Shown here: positions 9,022 to 19,080 of the stretch, piece by piece
Layout of the letters: each line of letters starts with the position of its first letter
Position numbering within the stretch: the stretch's first letter is position 1
Assembly: GCA_963834385.1 (NCBI GenBank)
Contig: CAWIBO010000002.1
Location: forward strand, 320,001 to 384,000
Origin: an uncultured Verrucomicrobiae bacterium
Lineage (GTDB): Bacteria > Verrucomicrobiota > Verrucomicrobiia > Chthoniobacterales > UBA10450
Length of the DNA: 64,000 nt
Reading direction: 5' to 3'
Made by a program: the position numbers and the translations under genes
Notes under the pieces: generated by a model
Databases searched by the model: none
Told to the model about the DNA's origin: nothing
Seen by the model: the letters and a program-made list of their open reading frames with translations, nothing else

Positions 9022-10260
9022 ATGGATTTCACGATCGCCCAGCAACTCCTGATCTCTCTCGCGCTGGGCATGCTCATTGGTCTGCAGCGGGAACGGGTGG
9101 ACGTTCCGCTGGGCGGCATTCGGACCTTCCCGCTCATCACCCTGTTCGGCACCATCTCGGGCCAGCTGGCCGCTGTGCACGGCGGCTGGATCCTTGGCGC
9201 CGGTTTTCTTTCCCTCGCCGCGATGCTGTTTCTCTCGAATCTGCCGCGGATCCGCGACGGCGAGGCAAGCGGTCTGACCACGGAAGTGGCGGTTCTGCTC
9301 CTTTACGCGCTCGGGGCCTTCCTTGTTCTCGGTCATATGATCCTGACCGTGGTGATCGGCGGCGTGGTCGCGCTTCTCCTGCACTGGAAAGCTCCCCTGC
9401 ACGATTTCGCAAGGCGGGTGGGCGACGCCGACATGCGCGCGATCATGCTTTTCGTCCTGATCACCATGGTGATCCTGCCGGTCCTGCCCAACCAGGAGTT
9501 CGGGCCGTACGGGGTTTTCAATCCGTTCGAGATCTGGCTGATGGTGGCGTTGATCGTCGGGATCAGCCTGGCCGGTTACGTCGCCTACAAACTATTCGGA
9601 AGCACCGGCGGCGTCCTTCTCTCGGGCCTGCTTGGCGGCACCATCTCGAGCACGGCCACCACGGTGAGTTCGGCGCGCCAGGTGGGCGCCGGCGGGGCCG
9701 GGGTCAATCTTGCCAGTCTCCTGATCATGATTGCCTCCACCGTCGCGGTCTTGCGCGTGGTGGCCGAGATCGGCATCGTGGCCGGCGGCAGTTTCGCCGC
9801 GCTCGGTCCGCCTCTCGGCGCCCTGCTCGGGGCGATGACGCTGATCTCGCTGGGCGCCTGGTTTTTCGGACGCGGCCAGAAGGCGGAGCTGCCGGAACAG
9901 GAAAATCCGGCGCAGCTCAAGGTGGCCCTCGTTTTTGCCGCCGTATACGCGCTGATCAAGCTGGCCGTGGCCGCGGCCAGGGACCATTTCGGCGCGAGCG
10001 GTCTTTACGCCGTGGGCGTGATCTCCGGCCTGACCGACATGGACGCCATCACCCTCTCGACCGCTCGGATTGTCGACTCAGGCCAGGTCGATCCGGCGAC
10101 CGGCTGGCGAACAATCCTGATTGCCGCGGTCTCCAATCTGGCCTTCAAGGCCGGGGCGGTGGCCCTGCTCGGCGGCACCACGCTCTTCCTGCGCGTGGCG
10201 GCTCTCTTCGGGCTGAGCACCGCCGCCGCCGCCGCCATCTTCTGGTTCTGGCCGGGGTAG
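9022..10260 (+). CDS. MgtC/SapB family membrane protein with DUF4010
   Basis: GMLIGLQRE..GGIRTF, SGLTTE, SSTATT, GLTDMDAITLS. Confidence 0.9.
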   Translation: MDFTIAQQLLISLALGMLIGLQRERVDVPLGGIRTFPLITLFGTISGQLAAVHGGWILGAGFLSLAAMLFLSNLPRIRDGEASGLTTEVAVLLLYALGAFLVLGHMILTVVIGGVVALLLHWKAPLHDFARRVGDADMRAIMLFVLITMVILPVLPNQEFGPYGVFNPFEIWLMVALIVGISLAGYVAYKLFGSTGGVLLSGLLGGTISSTATTVSSARQVGAGGAGVNLASLLIMIASTVAVLRVVAEIGIVAGGSFAALGPPLGALLGAMTLISLGAWFFGRGQKAELPEQENPAQLKVALVFAAVYALIKLAVAAARDHFGASGLYAVGVISGLTDMDAITLSTARIVDSGQVDPATGWRTILIAAVSNLAFKAGAVALLGGTTLFLRVAALFGLSTAAAAAIFWFWPG

Positions 10261-10571
10261 GAGAAGAAAGAGGATCGAGAGTAGAGGATAGAGGATTGCT
10301 GCCCTCTTCTTTCCTACTCGTAATCGTAATCGTTCCCCTCCGTATGTAGGACGAATCAATTTGGAAACCAGGAAACCAGGAACTGGGAAGGACGAATCAG
10401 GAAAGTAGGAAACGCAGGAACTTCAGAGGAATCCTGATTTGGAAGCCAGGAAACCAGGAGAAGAAAGAGGATGGAAGACTAGAGGATAGCGGAGGACGAA
10501 TTAGGACCCTCCCTGTTTTCCTGCGTTCCTAATTCGTCCCTTCTTCTTCCTGGCTTCCTGGTTTCCAAATT
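10261..10571. repeat. intergenic inverted-repeat element (AATTTGGAARCCAGGAARCCAGGA family)
   Basis: Forward copies at 10358 and ~10437, inverted copy ending 10571; same family at 13.9, 17.2 and 26.4 kb. Confidence 0.88.
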
Positions 10572-10636
10572 AAATTGTCCCTTTGCCGCGCCCGGCCTTG
10601 CATTGAACCGGGGGCCGGCGCGGTGTATCGGAGGAG

Positions 10637-11986
10637 GTGCGCAAACTCTGGATCCAGCTCCGCTCTTCCCTCTGGTTTGTGCCGTCGCTCCTTGTCTCGG
10701 CCGGGGCGCTTCTGGCCTTGATCCTCGTCCAGGTTGATATCAGCTACTCGGGTTCGCTCGCCTGGCGGAGCTGGCATCCGCTCCTGAACGCAGGCGCGGA
10801 AGGCGCCCGCGGGATGCTTTCCGCCATCGCCACCTCCCTGATCACGGTCGCCGGCGTCGCTTTCTCGGTCACCATCGTCACGCTCTCGATGGCCTCCGCG
10901 CAGTACACCCCGCGCATCCTGCGCAATTTCATGCGCAAACCGGCCAACCAGCTCGTGCTGGGGGCTTTTGTCGCGATCTACACTTATTGCCTCATCGTCA
11001 TGCGCACGATCCGCGGCTCGCACGAAGATGATGGCGGTTTCGTTCCGCTGGTCTCGGTGGCGGTGGGCATGGTCCTCGCCCTGGTCTCGATCGCCTGCCT
11101 GATTTTTTTCATCCACCACACCGCCGCCTCGATCCAGGCAGCTGAGATTCTCAATGACGTGGCCCGGCAAACCCGGAAAACGATCGATCGCCTTTTTCCC
11201 GATCAGCTCGGCGAGGCCGCCGGGGATACCGACGACGAAGAGGTGCCCGGCGACTGGGTCGCGGTGAAAGCGCACCGGAGCGGCTATGTCCAGGCGATCT
11301 CGGCCGACCGTCTCCTCCGGCTGGCGGAGGAGAAATCGCTCCAATTTCGGCTGGAACGCGGGCCGGGCGATTTCGTGGTCGAGGATTTGCCCCTTATCTG
11401 GACAAGCCGCGAACTTGACGAGGAGACGGTGGCGAAAGTGCAGGGGACGTTTGCCCTCAACAGCTTTCGGACAATCGAGCAGGACCTGAGCTTCGGCATC
11501 CGGCAGATCGTTGATATTGCGATGAAAGCGCTCTCCCCCGGAATCAATGACAGCAGCACCGCGGTCTCCTGCCTGGATTACCTGAGCGAAATTCTGACGC
11601 ACATCGCCGACCGCAGCCTTTCGCAGCGGCTCGGCTCCGAGAATCGCGACGAGAAACGGCTCATCGCCAGTTCGCCGCTTTTTGCCGACTTTGTCGGCGG
11701 CGCGCTCAACGAGATCCGGCTTTCCGCCTACGGCAATGTCACCGTCCTGACCCATCTGCTCTGCACCCTGCAACGCGTGGCTGCCCGCACCCGGGACGGT
11801 CGCCGCCGGGAGATCCTCATGGCGCACGCCATTCTCATCACCGAGACGGCTGATCACACCGTGGTGGCGCCGTTCGATCGCGCGCGTATCAATGCCGTTC
11901 TCCAGGACTTCCGCGAAGTCTTCGGCGCGAGCGAAGCGGAGGTTCCCGACCTTTCCGCTATGCGCGACGTGCCGGCGTGGACATAA
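10637..11986 (+). CDS. DUF2254 family membrane protein
   Basis: SLWFVP, SAQYTPRILRNF, DIAMKALSPGINDSSTAV. Confidence 0.9.
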   Translation: MRKLWIQLRSSLWFVPSLLVSAGALLALILVQVDISYSGSLAWRSWHPLLNAGAEGARGMLSAIATSLITVAGVAFSVTIVTLSMASAQYTPRILRNFMRKPANQLVLGAFVAIYTYCLIVMRTIRGSHEDDGGFVPLVSVAVGMVLALVSIACLIFFIHHTAASIQAAEILNDVARQTRKTIDRLFPDQLGEAAGDTDDEEVPGDWVAVKAHRSGYVQAISADRLLRLAEEKSLQFRLERGPGDFVVEDLPLIWTSRELDEETVAKVQGTFALNSFRTIEQDLSFGIRQIVDIAMKALSPGINDSSTAVSCLDYLSEILTHIADRSLSQRLGSENRDEKRLIASSPLFADFVGGALNEIRLSAYGNVTVLTHLLCTLQRVAARTRDGRRREILMAHAILITETADHTVVAPFDRARINAVLQDFREVFGASEAEVPDLSAMRDVPAWT

Positions 11987-11994
11987 TATCTCGA

Positions 11995-12402
11995 ATGAAA
12001 AACCGTTTTTGCAGCTTCGCCCGGCCCGCCGCCGCCGCTTTGATCGCGGTGGCTCTCCTGACCGGTTGCTTCGGGGGCGGGGCCGGCACCCGGCGCGTGG
12101 AAAAAGCGGCCACCAATCCGCAATACGCCAACTCCCTGCACACCCGCTTCTACGAAGCCTGGCGCCAGCCGGCCGCGGTGAACCTGCCGCGCGGCCGCGT
12201 CTCGATCCCGGTCGACGTTCGCATCGACGGCGAAGGGCGGGTCATCGGTTTCACCCTCGCAAAATCTTCCGGGAACGATCGTCTCGACGCCTCGATCAAG
12301 TCGGTGGGGAACCGGATCAAACGCGTGCCGCCACCGCCGGGAGCCCTGCCGGCAGGCCATTTCGATCTCCGGATTTATTTCGAACTGGATGTAAAGGAAT
12401 AG
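11995..12402 (+). CDS. lipoprotein with TonB/TolA C-terminal domain
   Basis: Lipobox LLTGC; RIDGEGRV...KSSGNDRLD motif. Confidence 0.75.
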   Translation: MKNRFCSFARPAAAALIAVALLTGCFGGGAGTRRVEKAATNPQYANSLHTRFYEAWRQPAAVNLPRGRVSIPVDVRIDGEGRVIGFTLAKSSGNDRLDASIKSVGNRIKRVPPPPGALPAGHFDLRIYFELDVKE

Positions 12403-12413
12403 GGAGGCGAACC

Positions 12414-12557
12414 ATGAGCGAGGAGAAGAAAAAGATCAGCCCGAGCACCGCCTCGGAACCACAGGAAGAATTCATCGACCCGGTCAACCGGCCGAGCGTT
12501 CCGGAAAAGGACGCCGATTCCGGGGAAAGCGACGCGGGCGCCGACGCCGGCGAGTAA
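12414..12557 (+). CDS. small acidic hypothetical protein (47 aa)
   Basis: GGAGG RBS then ATG; follows the TonB-C gene. Confidence 0.45.
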   Translation: MSEEKKKISPSTASEPQEEFIDPVNRPSVPEKDADSGESDAGADAGE

Positions 12558-12561
12558 CTTC

Positions 12562-12649
12562 TGGCGGAGGGGGTGGGATTCGAACCCACGAGGGCTTGCG
12601 CCCTGCCGGTTTTCAAGACCGGAGCCATCAACCACTCGACCACCCCTCC
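12562..12649 (-). tRNA. tRNA-Ser (anticodon TGA)
   Basis: Reverse strand reads GGAGGGGTGGTCGAGTGG...CCGGTCTTGAAAACCGG, long variable arm, GGTTCGAATCC, ends CCA. Confidence 0.97.
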
Positions 12650-12767
12650 CGGCGAGTTTTCGCGCGCTCCATTCTGGCACCACCGGGAGGGAGGGCAAGT
12701 CCCTGGCGGGCGGCCGTCCGGGGTGGGGAAAGCTGGACAGGGGGATATGTTCGGGTGAACATGTGGC

Positions 12768-13889
12768 ATGGCTCGTTTTGTTCCGCCGCCCCCGGGCGCC
12801 TACGAGGAATACCGGGAAGAGCACCGGGGCGAAGCCCCGCAGGCGCGGGGCGCTTCCGGGAACCCGGCCAATCGTTTCGAAAAACTTCGGGTCGAGCTCG
12901 AGCCGGTGGAACCAACTCCCGGCGACGATGCGGAGGCCGGTCCGCGGCGCGTGCCGACGATCTATTTCCGGGACCAGACCCGGACCATCATTGCGCGCAA
13001 TAGCAGCCCGGACATCGGCTTCGAGACGAGCCTCAATCCCTACCGCGGTTGCGAACACGGCTGCGCCTACTGTTTTGCCCGTCCCTTTCACGAGTATCTC
13101 GGCTTCTCCGCCGGGCTCGATTTCGAGACCCGGATCCTCGTGAAGGAGGACGCGCCCAAACTGCTCGCGGCGGAACTTTCCTCCCCAAAATGGCAGCCGC
13201 AGGTGTTGATGATGAGCGGGGTAACCGATCCCTACCAGCCGGTGGAGCGCCGCCTGAAAATCACGCGCGGTTGTCTGGAAGTGCTGGCCCGGTTCCGCAA
13301 TCCCGTCGGGATCCTGACCAAGAACGCCCTCGTCACCCGCGACCTCGATCTCTTCAAGGAGCTGGCGTCGCATCGGGCTGTGGCGGTCAATTTATCGATC
13401 ACTTCGCTCGACCGGAATCTGCAGCAGCGGCTCGAGCCGCGCACTTCGCCGCCGCAGGCACGACTGGAGGCGGTGGCGCAATTGCGCGAAGCCGGAGTGC
13501 CGGTGGGCGTCATGATCGCGCCGATCATTCCCGGGTTGAACGAGCATGAAGTGCCGGCGCTGGTCGCGGCCTGCGCGGAAGCGGGGGCGCAGTTTGCCGG
13601 TCATGTGCTGCTGCGATTGCCCGGGGCCGTGGCGCCGGTCTTTGAGCGCTGGCTGGCGGAGCATTTTCCGGAGCGGCAGGAGAGGGTGCTCGGACGGCTC
13701 CGCGAGATGCGCGGCGGGAAGCTTTACGACGCGAAATGGGGGGAACGTCAGCGCGGGAAGGGGATCTTCGCGGAACAGATCGGCCGGATGTTCGAGGTCG
13801 CCTGTCGCCGGCACGGCCTCAAGAATGATCGCCCCGAGCTGTCCGCCGCCGCCTTCCGTCGCCCAATCGAGCAGATGAGCCTCCTGTGA
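12768..13889 (+). CDS. PA0069 family radical SAM protein (SplB-like)
   Basis: NPYRGCEHGCAYCFARP CxxxCxxC; TDPYQPVE. Confidence 0.93.
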   Translation: MARFVPPPPGAYEEYREEHRGEAPQARGASGNPANRFEKLRVELEPVEPTPGDDAEAGPRRVPTIYFRDQTRTIIARNSSPDIGFETSLNPYRGCEHGCAYCFARPFHEYLGFSAGLDFETRILVKEDAPKLLAAELSSPKWQPQVLMMSGVTDPYQPVERRLKITRGCLEVLARFRNPVGILTKNALVTRDLDLFKELASHRAVAVNLSITSLDRNLQQRLEPRTSPPQARLEAVAQLREAGVPVGVMIAPIIPGLNEHEVPALVAACAEAGAQFAGHVLLRLPGAVAPVFERWLAEHFPERQERVLGRLREMRGGKLYDAKWGERQRGKGIFAEQIGRMFEVACRRHGLKNDRPELSAAAFRRPIEQMSLL

Positions 13890-14206
13890 ATCGATTAGGA
13901 AAACAGAGGTGAATTTGGAAGCCAGGAAGCCAGGAGAAGAAAGAGAATGGAAGATAGAGATAGAGGGTCGCTGCCCTCTTACTCCTACTCGTAATCATAC
14001 TCCTAATCGTTCCCCTGCCGTTCCGAGAAAACTGAATTGAACTCAGGAGAAAGAGCGAATCGGGAAGGAAGAATTAATTTGGAAACCAGGAAGCCAGGAA
14101 TGGGGAGAAACGAATCAGGAAAGTAGGAAAATAGGAATTTCAGAAAGTTCTGTTCCTGCTTTCCTTATTAATCCCTTTTTCCTCCTGGCTTCCTGGTTTC
14201 CAAATT
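13890..14206. repeat. intergenic inverted-repeat element (CCAGGAA family)
   Basis: AATTTGGAARCCAGGAAGCCAGG at 13912 and 14076, inverted copy ending 14206; shares TACTCGTAATC..TAATCGTTCCCCT with the 10.3-kb copy. Confidence 0.88.
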
Positions 14207-14238
14207 GATCTTTCTCAAATTTCTTTTTCGGCCTGCTG

Positions 14239-15585
14239 CTATATGCCGAGCCGCTTCTGTTTGCGCATGACCATGAGCATGGCGCAGCCGCCGATCGCGC
14301 CAAAGCTCGCCATGGTCGGATACCAGACGCCCCAGCCATATTTGTCGATCAGCCAGCCGGTCAGCGGCAGGGCAATGGCCGTGCCGTAATACTGGAACGA
14401 GTCGATCACCCCGGAGGCGAACCCCGCCATCTTCCGCCCGCCGATGTCCATTGGCGCGGCCGTCCCCACGATCGAGTGGGTCGAGTTGGCGGTCAGCGCC
14501 ACCAGGATGAGGAAAAGGCAGCCAAGAAAGATTCCGCCCGGTGTCGGCCCGACCAGGCCGGCGTAGATCACCACCGCGGCGCAAAGGATGACCGCGGTCT
14601 CGAGGAAATAAAGCGTCATTGCAACCGGTGACCGGTGTCCCTTGAAAATTTTGTCGGAAACAATGCCGGCGGTGAACGAGCCCAGCACGGCGACCAGCGG
14701 CATCAGGTTCACCGTCCAGTACACCGCGGGCGGTTTGTCCGCGAGATTCAGGTGCAGCTGGTCCTGGAAATAAAGAACCATGAGCTGGTCGGAACTGTTT
14801 CGCACCGCGCCGGTGCAGGCATAGGCCATGGCGTAAAACCAGATGAGCGGATGCCGGAAAATCTTCGCGAACGATTCGCGCAGGGTCACTCGCACCCCGG
14901 TTTCGCCCGCGGCACTGTGCTCGTCCTCGACCGCGCCGGGATAACCCGCCTTCTCCGGCGTTTCTTTCACGAAAATAACCAGGAGGATGGCGACGAACGC
15001 CACCATGAGCGGCGGAATGCGAAAGAGCCAGCGCCAGTCGCCTTCCGCCACCACCCAGACGCCGACGGTGAACCCGGCGAGGATGACGGGCGCGAGGTTG
15101 TTGATGGCAAACTGGCCAAACTGAATCATGAAGCCGAAAATGCCGGCGAAGGTGCCGCGTTCCGTGCGGTTGAACCAGGCGGCGTTGATCTTGATCATGC
15201 CCGGGGCGCCGTAAGCCTGGAAATATCCGTTCAGGAGCCAGATAAAGGCAAAGGTGCCGAAGGTGCCGGCGAACGAGGCGAACCCGAAGATCAGGTTGAT
15301 CACGATCGTGCCGACCGCACCGATAAGAAGCGAGATCTTGCCGCCGATCCTGTCGGTCAGCAGGCCGTTCACCAGCTGGCCGGTGCCGTAGGCCAGCGCC
15401 CACGCGCTCAGGATGCCGGTGATCTGGAAGGTGCTGAAGCCGAACTCCTCGCGCATTCCCGGAGTGGCGAAGCGAAAGTTGTAACGGCACATGTAATACG
15501 AGGCGTAGAGAAGCCCGATGACAAACCAGTTGAGTCCACGCCGGGGCCGGAAGCCGGCCGGGTAATCCTTGATGATTTCTGACAT
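14239..15585 (-). CDS. MFS transporter, GlpT/UhpT (OPA) family-like
   Basis: YYMCRYNF, YGTGQLVNGLLTDRIG, WFNRTERGT; ~12 TM segments. Confidence 0.88.
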   Translation of the reverse strand: MSEIIKDYPAGFRPRRGLNWFVIGLLYASYYMCRYNFRFATPGMREEFGFSTFQITGILSAWALAYGTGQLVNGLLTDRIGGKISLLIGAVGTIVINLIFGFASFAGTFGTFAFIWLLNGYFQAYGAPGMIKINAAWFNRTERGTFAGIFGFMIQFGQFAINNLAPVILAGFTVGVWVVAEGDWRWLFRIPPLMVAFVAILLVIFVKETPEKAGYPGAVEDEHSAAGETGVRVTLRESFAKIFRHPLIWFYAMAYACTGAVRNSSDQLMVLYFQDQLHLNLADKPPAVYWTVNLMPLVAVLGSFTAGIVSDKIFKGHRSPVAMTLYFLETAVILCAAVVIYAGLVGPTPGGIFLGCLFLILVALTANSTHSIVGTAAPMDIGGRKMAGFASGVIDSFQYYGTAIALPLTGWLIDKYGWGVWYPTMASFGAIGGCAMLMVMRKQKRLGI

Positions 15586-15663
15586 GCGCGCCCGAAGATG
15601 AACGGGGAGAGGCGCGGCGTGAATCACAAAAAAGGCCGTCCGCTTTATGCAACCGGTTGTGCC

Positions 15664-15680
15664 TGTCTAACGTTTGTCTA
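15664..15680. promoter_or_regulatory. putative CarH/LitR operator (direct repeats, 11-bp period)
   Basis: TGTCTA at 15664 and 15675 (TAGACA = TnnACA on the reverse strand), 11 bp upstream of the regulator ATG. Confidence 0.5.
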
Positions 15681-15691
15681 GTGTGGACGAC

Positions 15692-16633
15692 ATGCCGCCC
15701 CTCCGAACCATCAAGGCTGTCGCGCATCAAACCGGGCTTTCCGTCCACGCCATCCGGGTCTGGGAGAAGCGTTATGGCGCGGTGAAGCCGGCCCGTTCCG
15801 AGAACAAGCGGCGGCTTTATTCGGAGGAGGACGTCGAACGGCTCCGTCTTTTGCGCAAGGCCACCCTCGCCGGTCATAGCATCGGCCAGATTGCCCGGGC
15901 CAGCCTGCCGCAGTTGCGCAAGCTCCTGGCCGAAAAACAGTCCGGCCGCGCTCCCGGCGCGCTCGAGCCGGATGAGCAGCAAAGACGGATCGAGACCCTG
16001 ACCGCCGGCGCGATCGAGGCGATCCGTGCTTTCGAGGCGGACGAATACGACGCGCTTCTCGACCGGGCTGCGGCTGAGTTCGGCTCGCCCGCGGTGCTGC
16101 ATCTCTTTATCGGGCCGCTCACAGAACGCGTGGGGGAACTCTGGCGCGCGGGCGATTTCATGATCGCGCACGAGCATTTCGCGTCGCACGGGCTGAGCGA
16201 TTTTCTTTCCCGGTTTGGCCGGCCCGTGGCCGACAGCGAGTTTGCCCCACGGCTTCTTGTCACCACGCCGCCCGGCCATTTGCACGAGCTGGGCGCGCTT
16301 CTGGTGGCGGCAGCGGCGCGGACCCACGGCTGGCGGGCGACGCATCTGGGGGCATCACTCCCGATCGAGGAACTGGCCGGGGCGGCCTCGCGCCTCGGAG
16401 CGCGCGCGGTGGGGTTGAGCATTGTTTATCCGGCGGAGGACGAAGCCCTTTTCCACGATCTCCGACGCCTGCGCGAACTTCTCCCCTCCGACTGCGCCAT
16501 CCTGGTGGGCGGGCGTTTGGCCGGGGAGTACGGCACCGTGATCCGGGAGATCAAAGCCATCCGACTGGAGAACCTGCCCGATCTTTATCCGGTGCTCGAC
16601 AAGCTCGCACGCGCCGGGACCGGCAAACGCTGA
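15692..16633 (+). CDS. MerR-family cobalamin-binding regulator (CarH/LitR-like)
   Basis: MerR HTH (IRVWEKRYG..RRLYS), W-x9-EH motif, PGHLHELG and LGASLP B12-binding motifs. Confidence 0.88.
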   Translation: MPPLRTIKAVAHQTGLSVHAIRVWEKRYGAVKPARSENKRRLYSEEDVERLRLLRKATLAGHSIGQIARASLPQLRKLLAEKQSGRAPGALEPDEQQRRIETLTAGAIEAIRAFEADEYDALLDRAAAEFGSPAVLHLFIGPLTERVGELWRAGDFMIAHEHFASHGLSDFLSRFGRPVADSEFAPRLLVTTPPGHLHELGALLVAAAARTHGWRATHLGASLPIEELAGAASRLGARAVGLSIVYPAEDEALFHDLRRLRELLPSDCAILVGGRLAGEYGTVIREIKAIRLENLPDLYPVLDKLARAGTGKR

Positions 16634-16672
16634 CCGGCTTGCCAGCGGAGGCGGCCCGGCTCACCGTGCCTC

Positions 16673-17218
16673 ATGTCGCTTGCCCTTGGCTCACTCAGAA
16701 TTGGAATGCGCGTCCGCCACCCCCGCCATGGTCTGGGCGTGGTGAAAGCGCTCACGGAACACACCGCCGATATCAGCTTCGAGGACGCGCCGCGCACGGT
16801 GGCGCCGGAGTCGAGCGAGCTGGAGTCGGCCGAGACCATGGCGGCGGTCACGAGCCTGGAGGTGCCGCTGGCCGAAATTATCCGCGAGACCACCCGCGCG
16901 ACAGTGGAGGCGCTCGGGCTGGAGAAGGACGAAAGCGTGGTCGAAGGGATCGCCAGCCGATGGGTCGGCGGCACGCTTGCGCTGCAACCGGCTGATTCCT
17001 CCCTGCAGGCCAAGGAAGTGCCGCTCGACACTTTTTTCCACAAGATCGTCATGATCCGGAACAACCTCCGGGTGCTCGAGCAAAAGGTGAACGCGAGCGA
17101 CAAGCTCAGCGATGCCGACAAATTCGAGCTGCAGCAATACATCACCCGCACCTACGGCTCCCTCACCACCTTCAACGTCCTCTTCAAGGAAAAGGACGAC
17201 CAGTTCCGCACCAACTGA
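16673..17218 (+). CDS. conserved hypothetical protein (N-terminal SH3/CarD-like, C-terminal helical)
   Basis: GMRVRHPRHGLGVV; FFHKIVMIRNNLRVLEQK; coding-like codon usage. Confidence 0.75.
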   Translation: MSLALGSLRIGMRVRHPRHGLGVVKALTEHTADISFEDAPRTVAPESSELESAETMAAVTSLEVPLAEIIRETTRATVEALGLEKDESVVEGIASRWVGGTLALQPADSSLQAKEVPLDTFFHKIVMIRNNLRVLEQKVNASDKLSDADKFELQQYITRTYGSLTTFNVLFKEKDDQFRTN

Positions 17219-17512
17219 GGATCAGGAAAAGGACGAATCAGGAAAGCAGGAAGAAGAATCAATTTGGAAACCAGAAAGCCAGGAATGGGGAGGAACTAAT
17301 CAAGGAAAGGTAGGAAAGCAGGAACTTCAGAGAATCGGTCTTCCTGCTTTCCTAATTAAATTCTTCCTCCTGGTTTCCTGGCTTCCAAATTGATGTCCTT
17401 TCCTGATGTCCGGATCAGGCTTGCTCATTTTCCTGTTTTCCAGCGTTCCTGATTAGATTCTTCTTCCTGGTTTCCTGGCTTCCAAATTCATCTTCCTTCC
17501 TAATGTTCCAAA
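17219..17512. repeat. intergenic inverted-repeat element (CCAGGAA family)
   Basis: Forward copy at 17261, inverted copies ending 17391 and 17488; CAGGAAAGCAGGAA modules. Confidence 0.88.
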
Positions 17513-18877
17513 TCAGGCTTTTACGATTGTTTTCACGTTCACGAATTCGCGGATTCCTTCCGCGCCCAGTTCCCGGCCAAAGCCTGATTTCTTGATCCCG
17601 CCAAACGGGATGCGCGGATCGGAGGCCACCATGCCGTTGATGAACACCATCCCGGCCTCGATCTCGTTCGCGAAAAATTCCTGTTCCGCGGCGTCTTTCG
17701 TCCAGACGCTGGCGCCGAGCCCGAACGAGGTTTTGTTCGCCAGCCGCACCGCTTCTTCGGCGTCGCCGACCCGAAACAGCGCTGCGACCGGCCCGAAAAC
17801 CTCCTCGTCCCGGGCCGGGGTTCCCTCCGGGATGTCTGCGAGGACCGTCGGCTCGTAGAAAAATCCGGGCCGCTTCATGCGTTTGCCACCGCAGAGCAGG
17901 CGCGCGCCCGCTTTCACGCTGGCCTGCACCTGTTTGTCCACGCCTTCCAGGATGCTTTCGGTCGCCAGGGGACCGAGCTCTGTCTCCGCCTCCATCGGGT
18001 CGCCCACCCGGAGCGCGCGCATTTGCGCGACAAATTCCTGTTCGAAGCGGTCGGCGATGGTGGCGTCGATGATGAATCGCTTGGCCGCGATGCACGACTG
18101 GCCGGTGTTGATCGTGCGCGATTTTACTCCCGTGGCCACGGCGGCGCGGAGGTCGGCATCCGGCCGGACGATGAACGGGTCGCTCCCGCCCAGCTCGAGC
18201 ACGGCCTTCTTGATCTGTTTTGCCGCGGCGCTGGCCACGGCGGCTCCGGCTTTTTCGCTCCCGGTCAGCGTGACCGCCTTGACCCGGTCGTCCTCAATCA
18301 GCCGCGGAACCTGGTCGGAATCGATCAGGAGCGTCTGGAAGATGCCCGAGCCGAACCCGGCTTCGCGGAAGATTTCCTCGAGGGCGAGAGCGCAGCGCGG
18401 AACATTCCCGGCATGCTTGAGCAGGCCGACATTACCCGCCATGAGCGCGGGGGCGGCGAAGCGGATGACCTGCCAGAACGGGAAATTCCAGGGCATGATG
18501 GCCAGGACGGGGCCGAGCGGCTGGCACCGGATCACCGCGCGCGCCTGGTCCAGATCGGTATTCGTCTCCGCCAGGAGGCGCTCCGCGTTCTCGGCGTAAA
18601 ACCGGCAGCCGCGCGCGCATTTCTGCACTTCCTCGCGCGCGGCGGTGAGCAGCTTGCCCATCTCGCGCGTCATGATCCGGGCCCACTCCTCCTCGCGCGC
18701 CTCGAGAACATCGGCCACGCGCATCATGTTTTGCGACCGTTCCGCAAACGAGCTGCGGCGATGCCGCGAATATGCGTCGGCCGCCCGTTCCAGCGCCTGG
18801 TCAAGCTGCGCCGGCGTGTGCGCGGAGAACTCTTCGATGGTTTCGCCGGTGGCCGGGTTGATCGAAGAGAAGGTCAT
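17513..18877 (-). CDS. NAD(P)-dependent succinate-semialdehyde dehydrogenase (Sad/GabD-like)
   Basis: MPWNFPFWQ, LELGGSDP, GQSCIAAKRF, EEVFGP, PFGGIKKSGFGRELG. Confidence 0.93.
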   Translation of the reverse strand: MTFSSINPATGETIEEFSAHTPAQLDQALERAADAYSRHRRSSFAERSQNMMRVADVLEAREEEWARIMTREMGKLLTAAREEVQKCARGCRFYAENAERLLAETNTDLDQARAVIRCQPLGPVLAIMPWNFPFWQVIRFAAPALMAGNVGLLKHAGNVPRCALALEEIFREAGFGSGIFQTLLIDSDQVPRLIEDDRVKAVTLTGSEKAGAAVASAAAKQIKKAVLELGGSDPFIVRPDADLRAAVATGVKSRTINTGQSCIAAKRFIIDATIADRFEQEFVAQMRALRVGDPMEAETELGPLATESILEGVDKQVQASVKAGARLLCGGKRMKRPGFFYEPTVLADIPEGTPARDEEVFGPVAALFRVGDAEEAVRLANKTSFGLGASVWTKDAAEQEFFANEIEAGMVFINGMVASDPRIPFGGIKKSGFGRELGAEGIREFVNVKTIVKA

Positions 18878-18962
18878 GACGCACTAGACCTGCGGAGCAG
18901 GGACGTTTCAAGAAGCCGCGGCTGCGGGACGCTCTTCGGGGAGCCGTCGAGCCGGGAGGGCA

Positions 18963-19065
18963 TTTTCACCACAGAGACCACAGAGGGCACAGAGGACGGT
19001 GAGGGTGGGTTTACAAAATTGCGCACGCGCCCGGCGGTGGGGCGAGACTCCGTCGAGCCTGGGAG
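18963..19065. repeat. REP-like modules (CACAGAG 9-mer module plus GTGG-REP)
   Basis: TTTTCACCACAGAGACCACAGAGGGCACAGAGG and CGGTGGGGCGAGACTCCGTCGAGCCTGGGAG match the 2.1-kb and 8-kb copies. Confidence 0.85.
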
Positions 19066-19080
19066 CAAACGGGACAATGC

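Noticed and set aside
12562..12649. tRNA-Ser as the integration site of a genomic island
   Set aside because: No integrase, no duplicated tRNA 3' end and no compositional shift next to it.
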